Shown in pieces: positions 39,202 through 49,927 of a DNA stretch of 57,216 nt. The stretch is taken from IMG/VR virus record IMGVR_UViG_3300027877_000007, positions 1 through 57,216 of that record. The stretch is one strand, 5' to 3'. A program made the position numbers and the translations under genes. The stretch is from a virus (taxonomy: Duplodnaviria; Caudoviricetes). The notes beneath the pieces were generated by a model. The model did no database searches. It was not told the DNA's origin and worked only from the letters and a program-made list of their open reading frames with translations. The first letter of the stretch is position 1. Every line of letters begins with the position of its first letter.

Positions 39202-42200
39202 ATGGGTAGTTATGAGTATGCATCTGGTGGCATCCCATTTGGCGGGATAAGTGAAGCTCAGGGTGGAGATACTTATTGGTCAGACGGTATCCCCTATGGT
39301 TTTCTTATTGAAGCTGAAGGCGGAGCAATAGCTGTTGAAGCTACCATTGATGCGGTAACGACAGTAACAGATTTACTGTCACAAAGACATGCAATTTCCG
39401 CTGAGATAGATGCATTAACTACTACATTATTCAATCTGGAATCTGGATTCCCGCTGGCAACAGAAATATCTTCAGTAACCACAGTTACGTTTGGACTGGG
39501 TGTAAGATACGCATTATCAACGAAGATTAATGCAAAAACCTCAAAGAATTTTGTTGCAAGAAACGTAGCTGACGGGACGGAGAACGGGACTACAACCGGA
39601 TTCTCAGCGCGTGGGGCATCGACATTATCTTCAGACGATACAACGAGCTGGGAAGGAGATCATAGTTTAAAAGTTGTAACTCCCGGTACACTACCAACAG
39701 AGGGGTGTCTTACCCATAACACTCTGAACGTTCTGGCAACCGGAGATTCAATCACCCATTCGGTGTATGTGAAAGGTTCTGGTGATATAAACGTTGATAT
39801 TGCTGAGTATACCGATGAAACATATCTTGGCCATACCGCAACGTGGGTGCGTTTAACAGATAGTTTTGTCAGGAAAGAAGTCACCAGAACCATCACAACA
39901 GGTAATCATTTCTATTGTTATGTATTTACGGATGGGACAGCTGCAATCACCTTCTATGTGGATGGCGTACAGGTAGAATACGGGACTACCGCAACCACGT
40001 GGGAATTGCCAAGTAACACGTATGATCTCACCGTAGTGCTTGCCGGGGCTGAAATTCCCCTTGGGTGTGAGGTAAACGCGGTTACTACTGTAACTCCAGA
40101 TGCAAGACAGACACAGAAACTTGCGTCACAGGTAGATTCTCTTACCACAACCACATTTAATGCAGGACAGAGAACCGCACTTCAGGCGCAGATAGACGCG
40201 CTTACCACAGATATTTTTACCCTGTATATCCGTCAGACTTTTGCGGATACGATAGATGCGGTTACTACAAACACGTTTAACCTTCGGTATAGTGCAGCTC
40301 TGGCCGTTACTCCAGCGGCTGTTACAACCACTGAATTTACCCTGCACACACACCCAGCCGTTGCGTTTACTCCAGCTTCGGTAACGACTACAACCTTTGA
40401 TTTACACGTCCATCAGGCGGTTGCATGTACCGTAGCGGCTGTAACGTCTACCACAATAAATGCAGTGGAAAGAGCAACACTTTCCACACAGGTGGACGCA
40501 CTCACCACAGATATATTCAACCTTCATTACCACCCGGTTCTGGCCCTCCAGTCAGACGCAGTAACTACAACTGCCTTTGATTTATCTACCGTAACGTTAG
40601 CATCCGTGGGTACACAGGTGGATTCTGTTACCACAGATGCCTTTACCCTCCGTGTCCGGCAGGCCGTAGCTGCAACCATAGATGCCTTGACAGCTGCAAC
40701 ATTCAACCTTAAACAGAGTAACAGTTTATCCATAACTCCGGCTGCCCTTACCGCATCCACATTTAATTTAACATATCGTGCGTATCTGGCGGATACAATA
40801 GATGCCCTGACAGCTGCAACGTTCAATTTATCCAACAGGAACACACTCTCCACGCAGGTAGACGCAGTAACGTCCACTGTCTTTGGTCTTGAAAGTAGTG
40901 CCAGTGCATATGTCACAATCAATGCCCTTACCGCAACCACGTTCAATCTTCGGTATCTCGCGGATGTGCGTGCGCAGATAGACGCATTAACGGCTACTGT
41001 TCTTAACCTGACCACACGGGCATATTTATCTACACAGACAGATTCCGTAACAACCACATCTTTTACCCTGAATACTGATTTCATAGAAATACAGAGAAAT
41101 GATAATGGCGGTGCGTGGGAATTAATTGACACCGTGCCATGGGATCAGTGGTCAGGATATCGGGACGATGGGCCGTTCACGGATGGTCACGAATACTGTT
41201 ACCGTGTGCGTTCCAATATCAACGGGGATTATTCTGACTGGTCTAATATAGATTGTGTGGTCTACGAAGTAGCCGGGTTAGTACAACTGGAATCAATAGA
41301 GAATAATGCAGTAACTACTACATCGTATAATTTATCAGTTGCCCGTTCTCTTGCAATAGAGATAAACGCACTGACAGCCGCAACCTATGACCTGATACAA
41401 AGAGCCGCAGTTGCAACACAGGTGGATGCGGTATCCTCTTCCACGTTTACCCTGTCACATAGACATGCGTTAAGTATTCAGATAGACGCACTTACGTCTG
41501 TACTTGACACGCTGAAATCATCCCTGTACTTACAGGCAGAGATAAACGCACTGACCGCCTCTACGTTCAATGCACACACGCACGCGGCTTTGGCCACACA
41601 GATTGACGCAGTAACAGCCGCAACCTTTGAGGTGAAATCCCTATCTTCTCTTGCAACACAGGTTGATGCCGTTACCTCAACAGAGTTCATACTTAAATCT
41701 TTAAGCTCCTTGTCTGTACAGATAGATGCGGTCACTTCGGCTCTCTTTACCCTGTCACACAGGCATGCCCTTTCCACACAGATAGATGCACTTACGACAG
41801 TGACCAGTGCCCTGACAAGTGCATGCATACTGGCCACACAGGTAGACGCACTGACAACTACGAGCATTACTGCTCAAATGCGTGCGTCATTGAGCATAAC
41901 AATCAATGCATTGACAACTGTCCTGTCAGAGATTACCAACAGCCAGTATCTATCCATACAGGTTGATGCCACAACATCTACTTCATTCCTGTTAAGTCAG
42001 TTGAAAATGCTGGAAATCCAGATTGACGCACTGACAGATGCAACCTATAATTTAAAATCTTCACTGTCATTACAGGTTCAGGTAGATGCCCTGACCACAG
42101 TTCTGGATACATTAAAATCGTCATTGTCCCTCCAGACACAATCGGATGCCGTATCCACTGCAACGTTCAATGCGTCCATGCGTGCGAGCCTACAGGCGCA

Positions 42201-44142
42201 GGTGGACGCGCTTACAACAGTTTCCTACGAGCTGGTGAATGTTGTTCGTCTGGCAACAGAGATAAACGCACTTACAGACACATCCTTTACCCTGCGGGCA
42301 TTAAAGGGACTGGAAACTACAATCGAGGCGGTTACTTCGGTTCTGGCCACCCTGTCCCATTCCCAGTCCCTCCAGACACAGGTAGATGCATTAACCACTG
42401 TGCTTGATGATCTGACAGCTGTCTACAGTCTGGTAACGGAGATAAATGCCCTGACCGTGGCAACCTTCGGGATGTCCGGGGGCAACCAGTTAGAAACACA
42501 GGTAGACGCGGTATCCAGTACAACCTTTAATCTGGTGGTTGCAGCTGCACTGGCAACAGAGGTATCTTCCACTACAACGGTCACAGAATCGTTGTACGCC
42601 TCACAGACACTTGCCGCAACCATTCAGTCAAGCACAACTACAGCCTTTAATGTAACGTTAAGGCAGGCCGTTTCTGTTGATATTAATGCACTTACTTATG
42701 TTCTTGCTATGGCCGGGGCCAGATATTCAATAGCTGCACAGGTAGATGCCCTGACCGATACTTCTTTCACGATTAACACCGATTTCGTTGAGATAGAGAG
42801 GAACGATAACGGTGCAGGATGGGTACTGATTGCAACCGTCCCGTATGATTCATGGACATACGCAGATCCGGGGCCGTTCACAGACGGACACGAATACTGC
42901 TACAGGATTAGGTCTAACATAGACGGGAGCTACTCCGGGTATTCAAACACTTCGTGCGTAACCTATCAGGCGGCACTTAAATTCCTCTACGCAGAGGTAA
43001 ACGCCTTAACAAGTGTAGAGCCTACACTGATAGTTTCGTGGTATCTGGCTGCACAGGTGGATGCAGTTTCAACAGTCACTCCGGCCTTATCAGGTGCAAT
43101 AACTCTCCAGTCAGAGGTGGATGCCCTTACAAGTGTCATAGCTTCGTTAGAATCGGAGTTATCCCTTGCCACAGAGATTCTGTCCACTACAAGTACAACC
43201 TTCTCCCTAACAACGGTAAGGGCTGTTTCTGTTGATATTAATGCACTTACCACAGTTTCGTTTGAGCTTGCCGGAGCTGGTGGACTTACCGTACTGGTTG
43301 AGGCATTGTCATATGTTGAGGCTGCACTTATCCAGTTACATGCCCTGTCCCTCCAGACCGATGCAGTAACCAGCGTCGAGGCGGATTTACACCGGGCAGA
43401 ATTGAATAATCTTGGCACAGAGGTAAATGCAGTAACCTCTACGATATTCAATTCTGTAGCTGCGTATTCCCTGTCCACAGAGATAAACGCAGTTACTTCA
43501 TCAACCTTTGACCTATCCGTTCAGGGATGGATGAATCTGGAGGCTGAGATAACTGCACTTTCTCAAATCGTGGCTTCTCTTATCCAGAGGCATGGGTTAT
43601 CCACTACAATCAATGCCCTGTCAAGTGTCGAGGCGGATTTACACCGGGCAGAACTGCATCAGTTATCCACAGAGATAAATGCCCTGACAAGTGTTGAGGC
43701 CGGTTTGTGGCAGGCTGAAACAAAATACTGTGCGGCTGAGATAGATGCCATCACACAGATACTTGCTGAGATAACCACACAGATGGGACTTGGGTTTACT
43801 CCAGAGGCGGTATCTTCGGTCACTGCCAATCTTGGTGTCAATATAGCTTTCAGTGTAGAATCCAATGCCCTGTCCGGTGCCACCTTTGAGTTAATGACAG
43901 GTTCTCTCCAGTACCTCGAAACACAGGTGGATGCGGTAACAACAGTAACCTTCACACCACACGAAGTGGAATATCCGCTGACTGTAACACTGCACACAGA
44001 CAAGAGGGATTCCTATGACCATGACACGTCCAGAACCTCTGGATTATCTACAAGCAGGAGATCATCAAAGAAACATGACCAGAAGAGAACATCAGTACAC
44101 TCCACGTCTGGAAGAGATGTAGAGTTACGAGTAGACAGGTGA
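39202..44142 (+). CDS. 1646-aa Thr/Ala/Ser-rich repeat fibre protein with a CBM-like domain and two partial FN3-like inserts
   Basis: About 21-22-aa repeat (Q/E)(V/I)(D/N)A(L/V)T; EGDHSLKV..SVYVKG..YVDGVQVE domain; duplicated EI.RNDNG..W...DGHEYCYR.RSN module. Confidence 0.85.
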   Translation: MGSYEYASGGIPFGGISEAQGGDTYWSDGIPYGFLIEAEGGAIAVEATIDAVTTVTDLLSQRHAISAEIDALTTTLFNLESGFPLATEISSVTTVTFGLGVRYALSTKINAKTSKNFVARNVADGTENGTTTGFSARGASTLSSDDTTSWEGDHSLKVVTPGTLPTEGCLTHNTLNVLATGDSITHSVYVKGSGDINVDIAEYTDETYLGHTATWVRLTDSFVRKEVTRTITTGNHFYCYVFTDGTAAITFYVDGVQVEYGTTATTWELPSNTYDLTVVLAGAEIPLGCEVNAVTTVTPDARQTQKLASQVDSLTTTTFNAGQRTALQAQIDALTTDIFTLYIRQTFADTIDAVTTNTFNLRYSAALAVTPAAVTTTEFTLHTHPAVAFTPASVTTTTFDLHVHQAVACTVAAVTSTTINAVERATLSTQVDALTTDIFNLHYHPVLALQSDAVTTTAFDLSTVTLASVGTQVDSVTTDAFTLRVRQAVAATIDALTAATFNLKQSNSLSITPAALTASTFNLTYRAYLADTIDALTAATFNLSNRNTLSTQVDAVTSTVFGLESSASAYVTINALTATTFNLRYLADVRAQIDALTATVLNLTTRAYLSTQTDSVTTTSFTLNTDFIEIQRNDNGGAWELIDTVPWDQWSGYRDDGPFTDGHEYCYRVRSNINGDYSDWSNIDCVVYEVAGLVQLESIENNAVTTTSYNLSVARSLAIEINALTAATYDLIQRAAVATQVDAVSSSTFTLSHRHALSIQIDALTSVLDTLKSSLYLQAEINALTASTFNAHTHAALATQIDAVTAATFEVKSLSSLATQVDAVTSTEFILKSLSSLSVQIDAVTSALFTLSHRHALSTQIDALTTVTSALTSACILATQVDALTTTSITAQMRASLSITINALTTVLSEITNSQYLSIQVDATTSTSFLLSQLKMLEIQIDALTDATYNLKSSLSLQVQVDALTTVLDTLKSSLSLQTQSDAVSTATFNASMRASLQAQVDALTTVSYELVNVVRLATEINALTDTSFTLRALKGLETTIEAVTSVLATLSHSQSLQTQVDALTTVLDDLTAVYSLVTEINALTVATFGMSGGNQLETQVDAVSSTTFNLVVAAALATEVSSTTTVTESLYASQTLAATIQSSTTTAFNVTLRQAVSVDINALTYVLAMAGARYSIAAQVDALTDTSFTINTDFVEIERNDNGAGWVLIATVPYDSWTYADPGPFTDGHEYCYRIRSNIDGSYSGYSNTSCVTYQAALKFLYAEVNALTSVEPTLIVSWYLAAQVDAVSTVTPALSGAITLQSEVDALTSVIASLESELSLATEILSTTSTTFSLTTVRAVSVDINALTTVSFELAGAGGLTVLVEALSYVEAALIQLHALSLQTDAVTSVEADLHRAELNNLGTEVNAVTSTIFNSVAAYSLSTEINAVTSSTFDLSVQGWMNLEAEITALSQIVASLIQRHGLSTTINALSSVEADLHRAELHQLSTEINALTSVEAGLWQAETKYCAAEIDAITQILAEITTQMGLGFTPEAVSSVTANLGVNIAFSVESNALSGATFELMTGSLQYLETQVDAVTTVTFTPHEVEYPLTVTLHTDKRDSYDHDTSRTSGLSTSRRSSKKHDQKRTSVHSTSGRDVELRVDR

Positions 44143-44145
44143 AAA

Positions 44146-44433
44146 ATGACACATGTAACAAAAGGAGATACAATCAGGCTAAATTCGGCGTTCCATACGT
44201 ATGACGGTGTTGGAACGGATCCGGCCACATGCACGTTATACGTTTATGATGGTGATCATAACACACTCACGTCTGCAACTACGACAAGCAGTGTTATGAA
44301 TGGGAGTACGACAGGAGAATATTACTATGACTATACCACAGTCAATGTAGGCGCTCATTTCTATGAATTCAGAGGTTCGTTGGAAGGGTTTACAATTTCA
44401 GACAGGGGCACGTTCTATGTAACGTGGGCATAA
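44146..44433 (+). CDS. Small Ig-like/baseplate-adaptor-like protein
   Basis: GDTIRL..F..DP..L.VY..TGEYYYDY pattern. Confidence 0.6.
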   Translation: MTHVTKGDTIRLNSAFHTYDGVGTDPATCTLYVYDGDHNTLTSATTTSSVMNGSTTGEYYYDYTTVNVGAHFYEFRGSLEGFTISDRGTFYVTWA

Positions 44434-44476
44434 AATGATGAAGAAAATGATAATGTTAAATGAAGGTGAGTAAAAA

Positions 44477-46063
44477 ATGGCATGGGATGACACACGAACA
44501 GATGGGGAAACGCTCTATGCGTCAGAATGGAACGCGGTTATTACACAGCTTGTAGGATCGCAGTCCGACTGGTCAGTTTTAATTTATCGTGACGGTTCAA
44601 ATACCGTTGCCGTTAATGCGGCTGGGACAGTGATATCTTCGCAAATGGCGGCTACGTCAGAAGTTGTATTTCAGGCGGCACACGATTATCTGACAACAGG
44701 CGGAAAAATAGTAGTTTTAGCTGGTACGTATACATTTGCAGATGCAGTTAATATCACGTATCATAATATCAGTGTACAAGGAACTACACCGTTTTTCTTT
44801 GAATTCTCTACAAAAAGAACACAAATAACTGGTTCTTCGGGTAAAAAAATCTTCAATATTAATGCTGCCGGATTTTCAACGTATGGGATTTATTATTACG
44901 GAGGGACAACCGCGTTATATTTTGACTTACCCGTAGTTCATTATGATATCTTCAGTCTGGCTGTATCACACTGTGGTTTCAACTATCAGACTGCTAAGAC
45001 AATCTGGTTTGATGATACGCAGGATAACGGTCATGGGTATATCGGTAATATGTATATCTGTGATAATTACTTTGGATACAATAGTCCAGCACCGTATAAT
45101 ATCTATATTGACGTTTTAAGGTATGTCACGGCGTTTAGGATTGACCATAATATCTTCCAAGGTAGTGCCACTACAGATGCCATTTACATTCATACTGGAT
45201 ATCAGTTTGAAATTCATTCTATAGGGTATAATTATTGTGAATTAACAGGAGCTGGATATTCCTTTATTCATATAGATATTGATACTGACGAAGATATAAA
45301 ACCAACTTTAACCACAGAGTATAAGATGAATGAAGGTATACACGGCAACATTTTCAATACAACATATGGTGCCACACATGCCATGTTTTTGAATTTAGAC
45401 CTTGTAGACGGGTATCTATGGTATCTTCCAATTCATCATAACACTATAAACAAAGGAGAAATATCTATTGTTAATAGTGTGGCTGCCGGTGGTAATGCCG
45501 GAGTTATTTGTGATATTTCAAATAACATGTGTCTTGCGGCTACATTCACTTTAACCGGAAAAGAGTGTACTGGAGCTGGAGCTGGGTATCCGTGGAACGA
45601 TACGTTTTTAATTCATCATAATTACATTTCAGCGGTAAGTTCAATAACAATTACTGACGTTCACTCACTTAACTTTTGTGATAATGCATTAGGAAACAAC
45701 GTGACTGTAACCGTTGATGGATATGTAGATGCAAAGATCACAGGAAACTATCCGAATCAATCTGCGGCTAATTATACTCTTGCACTTTCAAATTACATAG
45801 GAACTGGGCATGAAAAACAGTATGTTCATGATAACATAGGATATGTTACAGAAAATCATGGCAGAACGTCTGTTGCTGATGGAGGCACAATCGCACACGG
45901 ATTAACTGCTGCACCAACATGGGCTATTGTTACTCCTATAACCGCAGGAGAGATGGCAAGTGTGACCACGATGGATGCAACGAACCTGACCGTGGCAATT
46001 AAGAAACACGATAATTCGGCAGGAACAACCCAGTATGTAAACTGGTGGTGCGGAGTATATTAA
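44477..46063 (+). CDS. Tailspike-like beta-helix protein
   Basis: FQAAHDYL..GGKIVVLAGTY glycoside-hydrolase/pectate-lyase-like start; N/I-rich repeats; IAHGL..P C-terminal module. Confidence 0.75.
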   Translation: MAWDDTRTDGETLYASEWNAVITQLVGSQSDWSVLIYRDGSNTVAVNAAGTVISSQMAATSEVVFQAAHDYLTTGGKIVVLAGTYTFADAVNITYHNISVQGTTPFFFEFSTKRTQITGSSGKKIFNINAAGFSTYGIYYYGGTTALYFDLPVVHYDIFSLAVSHCGFNYQTAKTIWFDDTQDNGHGYIGNMYICDNYFGYNSPAPYNIYIDVLRYVTAFRIDHNIFQGSATTDAIYIHTGYQFEIHSIGYNYCELTGAGYSFIHIDIDTDEDIKPTLTTEYKMNEGIHGNIFNTTYGATHAMFLNLDLVDGYLWYLPIHHNTINKGEISIVNSVAAGGNAGVICDISNNMCLAATFTLTGKECTGAGAGYPWNDTFLIHHNYISAVSSITITDVHSLNFCDNALGNNVTVTVDGYVDAKITGNYPNQSAANYTLALSNYIGTGHEKQYVHDNIGYVTENHGRTSVADGGTIAHGLTAAPTWAIVTPITAGEMASVTTMDATNLTVAIKKHDNSAGTTQYVNWWCGVY

Positions 46064-46080
46064 AATAATGAAGGGGAATT

Positions 46081-46329
46081 ATGGCAGTTTGGAGTGAATT
46101 GTGTAAAAAATGCGGGAGGTGTTGTACTGGATGTAAGTACTTCAATGAATCTGTTGGATGTGCTGTAAAATACGAGGAACGCCAACTGTCCTGTAGATTA
46201 TATCCCTTCATACATTTTCTGCTTGAAGATAGACTACTTCTCGATCCGGAGTGTCCGGCATGGGATGATTTTGGAAAACAGTATGAGAACGCAAAAGAGA
46301 TTTTGAGAGATTCGAGGGGAGGCAAGTAA
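46081..46329 (+). CDS. CxxCxxCC (YkgJ-like) protein
   Basis: CKKCGRCC...CRLYPF...LLDPECP. Confidence 0.7.
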   Translation: MAVWSELCKKCGRCCTGCKYFNESVGCAVKYEERQLSCRLYPFIHFLLEDRLLLDPECPAWDDFGKQYENAKEILRDSRGGK

Positions 46330-47826
46330 ATGGTAAGTGCAAAAATCACGGAGGTGTATAACTGGCTTTCTGATGGTAACGAGATCACAGGCCAACAGAT
46401 AGGCGAACTTATACAGGATGCCAGACCACGTGCGTATGAGATGAAAAAACTGTATGGGAGATACGAGGGGAAAACAGATGATGTCCCTATTCTCACCAGA
46501 AAGTATGAGATAGATAATATCTCGAAGATTAACAACAAAATCGCAAATGATTTCTTCGGGGATATTGTGAACACGAAGGTAGGTTACTTCGCTGGAAAAC
46601 CTATCGTCTATAAGTATCCTGATGTAAAGGATGCTGACGAGGAGCTATTGGACGGTTTCCTGAAACGAAATGCTTACGAGGACTTGGATTCCGAAACCGC
46701 AAAGATGGCAGCTATCTGTGGTTCTGGCGCACGGTACTTATTCATAAATCTGGATGGCGAGGCCAGCGTGATAAACGTGCCTCCGTGGGAGTGCATATTC
46801 ATATACGATGAGATAGGTGTAACCGATGCTCCGTATGCAATCCGTTACTACCAGATTTACGTGGGAGATAAAACCTTTACAAAGGCAGAATTCTTTGACG
46901 AAGATAAAATAACCTACTGGATACGCGAGGGTGACATGACTTCTGAAGGTTCGTTTATCTTGGATTCTTCAGAAGAGGCCAATCCGATTGCGCATCTCAT
47001 GGACGGGTGTCCGTTAATCTGCTTCCCTAACAACGAAGAGATGCAGGGTGACTGTGAAAAAGTCCTTACCCTCATAGATGGGTATGACCGCACACTTTCA
47101 GACATGAATTCTGAAATTGAACAATTCCGTTTGGCATACATGGCGTTCCACGGGATGGTGCCCGATGATACGACACTTAAAAAGGCACTCCAGACAGGTG
47201 CGTTCGGATTCCCGGAAAAAGATTCCAGAATGGAATTCGTTACCAAGAATATCAATGCACAGGCCGTAGAAAACCACCTCCAGATGCTGGAGAAGAACAT
47301 TATCTACTTCGCACAGTCTGTCAGGTTTACGGATGAGGCGTTCGGTGGTGCAAGTGGCGTGGCCATGAAGTTCAAAATCTTCAATCTGGAAGCCAAGTGT
47401 ATGGTCTGTGAACGTAAATTCACACGTGCACTGCGCAGGATGCTGACCGTTCTTAACGGATACTTCAGCCGTAAACTTGCAGCTGGCGTGTATGAACCGT
47501 ATGACTGGGAATTTGTATTCACACGTAACTTCCCGCTGAACCTTATGGAAGAGGCACAGACACTCTCAACCCTGAAGGGACTTGTCAGTGACGAAACTGC
47601 ACTGGGACTTATGTCATTCATCGAAGATCCACAGGAAGAAATGGAGAAGATGAAGAAGGAACAGGAAGATTACATGAAGTACCAGAAAAAGCTCATGGAG
47701 GAACAAGGGCCGATGCCCGGTGAGGAAGCACCTCCAGAAGAGGGTGAAGAGGAAGCTCCAGAAGGCGAAGAGAAAGCTCCTGAAGAGGATGCCATGAGCA
47801 TGTTCAAGAAAATGACAGGCGGATAA
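46330..47826 (+). CDS. Portal protein, SPP1 gp6-like
   Basis: NNKIANDFFGDIVNTKVGYFAGKP; FPNNEE.GD.E.V..LID.YD; ASGVAMKFK; FTRNFP.N. Confidence 0.93.
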   Translation: MVSAKITEVYNWLSDGNEITGQQIGELIQDARPRAYEMKKLYGRYEGKTDDVPILTRKYEIDNISKINNKIANDFFGDIVNTKVGYFAGKPIVYKYPDVKDADEELLDGFLKRNAYEDLDSETAKMAAICGSGARYLFINLDGEASVINVPPWECIFIYDEIGVTDAPYAIRYYQIYVGDKTFTKAEFFDEDKITYWIREGDMTSEGSFILDSSEEANPIAHLMDGCPLICFPNNEEMQGDCEKVLTLIDGYDRTLSDMNSEIEQFRLAYMAFHGMVPDDTTLKKALQTGAFGFPEKDSRMEFVTKNINAQAVENHLQMLEKNIIYFAQSVRFTDEAFGGASGVAMKFKIFNLEAKCMVCERKFTRALRRMLTVLNGYFSRKLAAGVYEPYDWEFVFTRNFPLNLMEEAQTLSTLKGLVSDETALGLMSFIEDPQEEMEKMKKEQEDYMKYQKKLMEEQGPMPGEEAPPEEGEEEAPEGEEKAPEEDAMSMFKKMTGG

Positions 47827-47832
47827 CCAGAC

Positions 47833-48921
47833 ATGCCGGACTTTGATGAATCAGAAGGCCGATGGGTGACGATTAACGGCACACATATTTTTATCACGAA
47901 AGGGGATACTGTAGGTTCATCTATCAACAAAATGAAACTTGGTAGTAAAACCTCTGGCCGTCATCCAACATTCGTCAAAGTAGCTCCAAAAGGAGCGGCA
48001 CCTATGACACAGGTACACAAAGACGTTGTGGGTGTCTTTAACAAATATAAAGACAAATACGACACTGGTCACAAAGAGCTTAAAGAACTGCATAAAAAAC
48101 AGATGGATTTTGAAGGTAAAAGAGATGCGGCATGGAAGGCTCATCAAGCCGCTACCGATCCAAAAGAAAAAGATAAGCTCCTGAAAGAATATAGGGAGCT
48201 AACCGAAAGAGTAACAGAGGCCAGATGGGAATGTGTACAAAAAACAAAAGAAATCGGGGCCATAACCACAAATATCCGTGAAGATGCACGTAAGGTATTA
48301 TTTCCTACCACATCTACTCCTACTGGAAATTTAAAATACACGGCTCAGGATGCCGATTTACCGCAAGGCACACGGATTGTCTGTGATATAGCACAGGCTA
48401 ATCTTAACAGTTTTTTTGTTTCAAACAACTTACCAGATGTCCCGGTCTGGAGGTACAGAGATGCTGACCAGAGAAGCTGTGGTGGAAGCGTGGGGATATG
48501 GCTTGCTGATATAGCTACCACAGAAGTTGCGATGCATGAAATGGCACATTGTATCGAGGGCAGGGATAAGGGGCTTTTCGCACGTATAATAAAATTCTAT
48601 AACGACAGGACATCCGGGGATAAAATAGAATGGCTGGCACAAAAATATCCGAATTCCGGGTACAGACCAGATGAAAGAGTTAAAGCAGATAAATGGCCGG
48701 ATGAATATTGCGGGAAATATTATGACGATCAATCGACAGAAATTCTGGCTATGGGGTTTACGATGTTGTGGAGAAGCCCGGTAAAATTTGCAATGAAAGA
48801 TCCGGAATACTTCAATTTCATGGTAGATATCTGTAAAACACCTGTAAAGAAAATGCGTAGTCCACGCACACGGAAACCTAAAGCTCCAAAACCCTCTACA
48901 CCAAGAAGGAGAAAGAAATGA
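47833..48921 (+). CDS. Leader-tagged HExxH metallopeptidase effector
   Basis: Leader MPDFDESEGRWVTINGTHIFI; HEMAH; YCGKYY...TEILAMG. Confidence 0.75.
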   Translation: MPDFDESEGRWVTINGTHIFITKGDTVGSSINKMKLGSKTSGRHPTFVKVAPKGAAPMTQVHKDVVGVFNKYKDKYDTGHKELKELHKKQMDFEGKRDAAWKAHQAATDPKEKDKLLKEYRELTERVTEARWECVQKTKEIGAITTNIREDARKVLFPTTSTPTGNLKYTAQDADLPQGTRIVCDIAQANLNSFFVSNNLPDVPVWRYRDADQRSCGGSVGIWLADIATTEVAMHEMAHCIEGRDKGLFARIIKFYNDRTSGDKIEWLAQKYPNSGYRPDERVKADKWPDEYCGKYYDDQSTEILAMGFTMLWRSPVKFAMKDPEYFNFMVDICKTPVKKMRSPRTRKPKAPKPSTPRRRKK

Positions 48922-49172
48922 CAGACGTAACGATTGAGATTGATGAAACGTTCGCTGTAACTGACGGGAAGAAATGGTTATCTCCGAATAAAAAAACAGA
49001 AGAATTCCTGAATGTAGTTGCCTCACCGGATGCCGTTCTGGACAGGACAGTGTATGTCCCTGACATGGCAAAAGCTATGGCCAATCTCGCACTTGAATTC
49101 AGTAAGAGTGCCAGAATAGAGAAAATCGAGAATGATAAAACTATGGAATTACCGAAAGGGGCGAAATACTAA
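48918..49172 (+). CDS. Small partner (immunity candidate)
   Basis: ATGA-coupled to the peptidase gene; 84 aa. Confidence 0.6.
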   Translation: MTDVTIEIDETFAVTDGKKWLSPNKKTEEFLNVVASPDAVLDRTVYVPDMAKAMANLALEFSKSARIEKIENDKTMELPKGAKY

Positions 49173-49927
49173 TGGGTGGGCCGGGAAGTGGATGGACGGC
49201 AGCTGGCGGTCACGTACCCGGCAGTCAGGGTGGCAAGCTCACGCCTACGGAGAAGGCCGTTTACCAGAGGGTTTTTGATGTTCATTCAACTCATTATGAA
49301 CCGGGTACAATTCCATATGAACATAGAACACAATTTGCAGAAGAGGAAAAGAAATTCTCTCCTGAAGCCCTGAAATACGGTGAGAATCTAATGAAAAAAC
49401 GGAGTACTTATTATGATTATGTCCATACGGATTTTGGCCCTATAAACAGGTATCTTCGTGGGCAGGAGCACGGGTTCAAAGGAGATATAGGAGTGCTTGA
49501 AAATCGTGTTTCTATGCTGGATAATTACATCAAAGAAGCTCCTCCACTTGCAAAAGACGTGGTTATGTTTCGTGGTGTAGGAGAAGAAATAGGAGAGGCG
49601 TTCGCAAATGCGAACGAAGGAGATATAATCCGGGATAAGGCATTCCAGTCACATTCACTTTACTTGGGAAAGGCTCTCAGCTTCGCAGAACACTGGGCAG
49701 GCAAAACAAATAAAGAAGGCAGGATACCTGTAATTGGTGGTAAGAAACTAACCATTATCCGTGCATTAACTGGCGGTAAGACGAAGGGAATCTATCAGGA
49801 CAACTATGGGGAGATGGAAGTTACGGTGGCACGTGGAACACCATGGGTGGTCTTGGGTAAGGAAGTTTTCCGGGATGCAACCAACACCGAAATCCACCTC
49901 ATAACAGTAGGTGAAATAAATGACTGA
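49172..49927 (+). CDS. Leader-tagged ADP-ribosyltransferase
   Basis: Leader MGGPGSGWTAAGGHVP; INRYLRG; MFRG; AFQSHS; EME. Confidence 0.85.
   Translation: MGGPGSGWTAAGGHVPGSQGGKLTPTEKAVYQRVFDVHSTHYEPGTIPYEHRTQFAEEEKKFSPEALKYGENLMKKRSTYYDYVHTDFGPINRYLRGQEHGFKGDIGVLENRVSMLDNYIKEAPPLAKDVVMFRGVGEEIGEAFANANEGDIIRDKAFQSHSLYLGKALSFAEHWAGKTNKEGRIPVIGGKKLTIIRALTGGKTKGIYQDNYGEMEVTVARGTPWVVLGKEVFRDATNTEIHLITVGEIND

Noticed and set aside
39294-44003. Minus-strand ORFs within the repeat fibre gene, and similar antisense ORFs elsewhere
   Set aside because: Shadow frames of well-supported + strand genes.
37161-46063. Diversity-generating retroelement acting on spike genes
   Set aside because: No reverse transcriptase and no template/variable repeat pair seen in the window.
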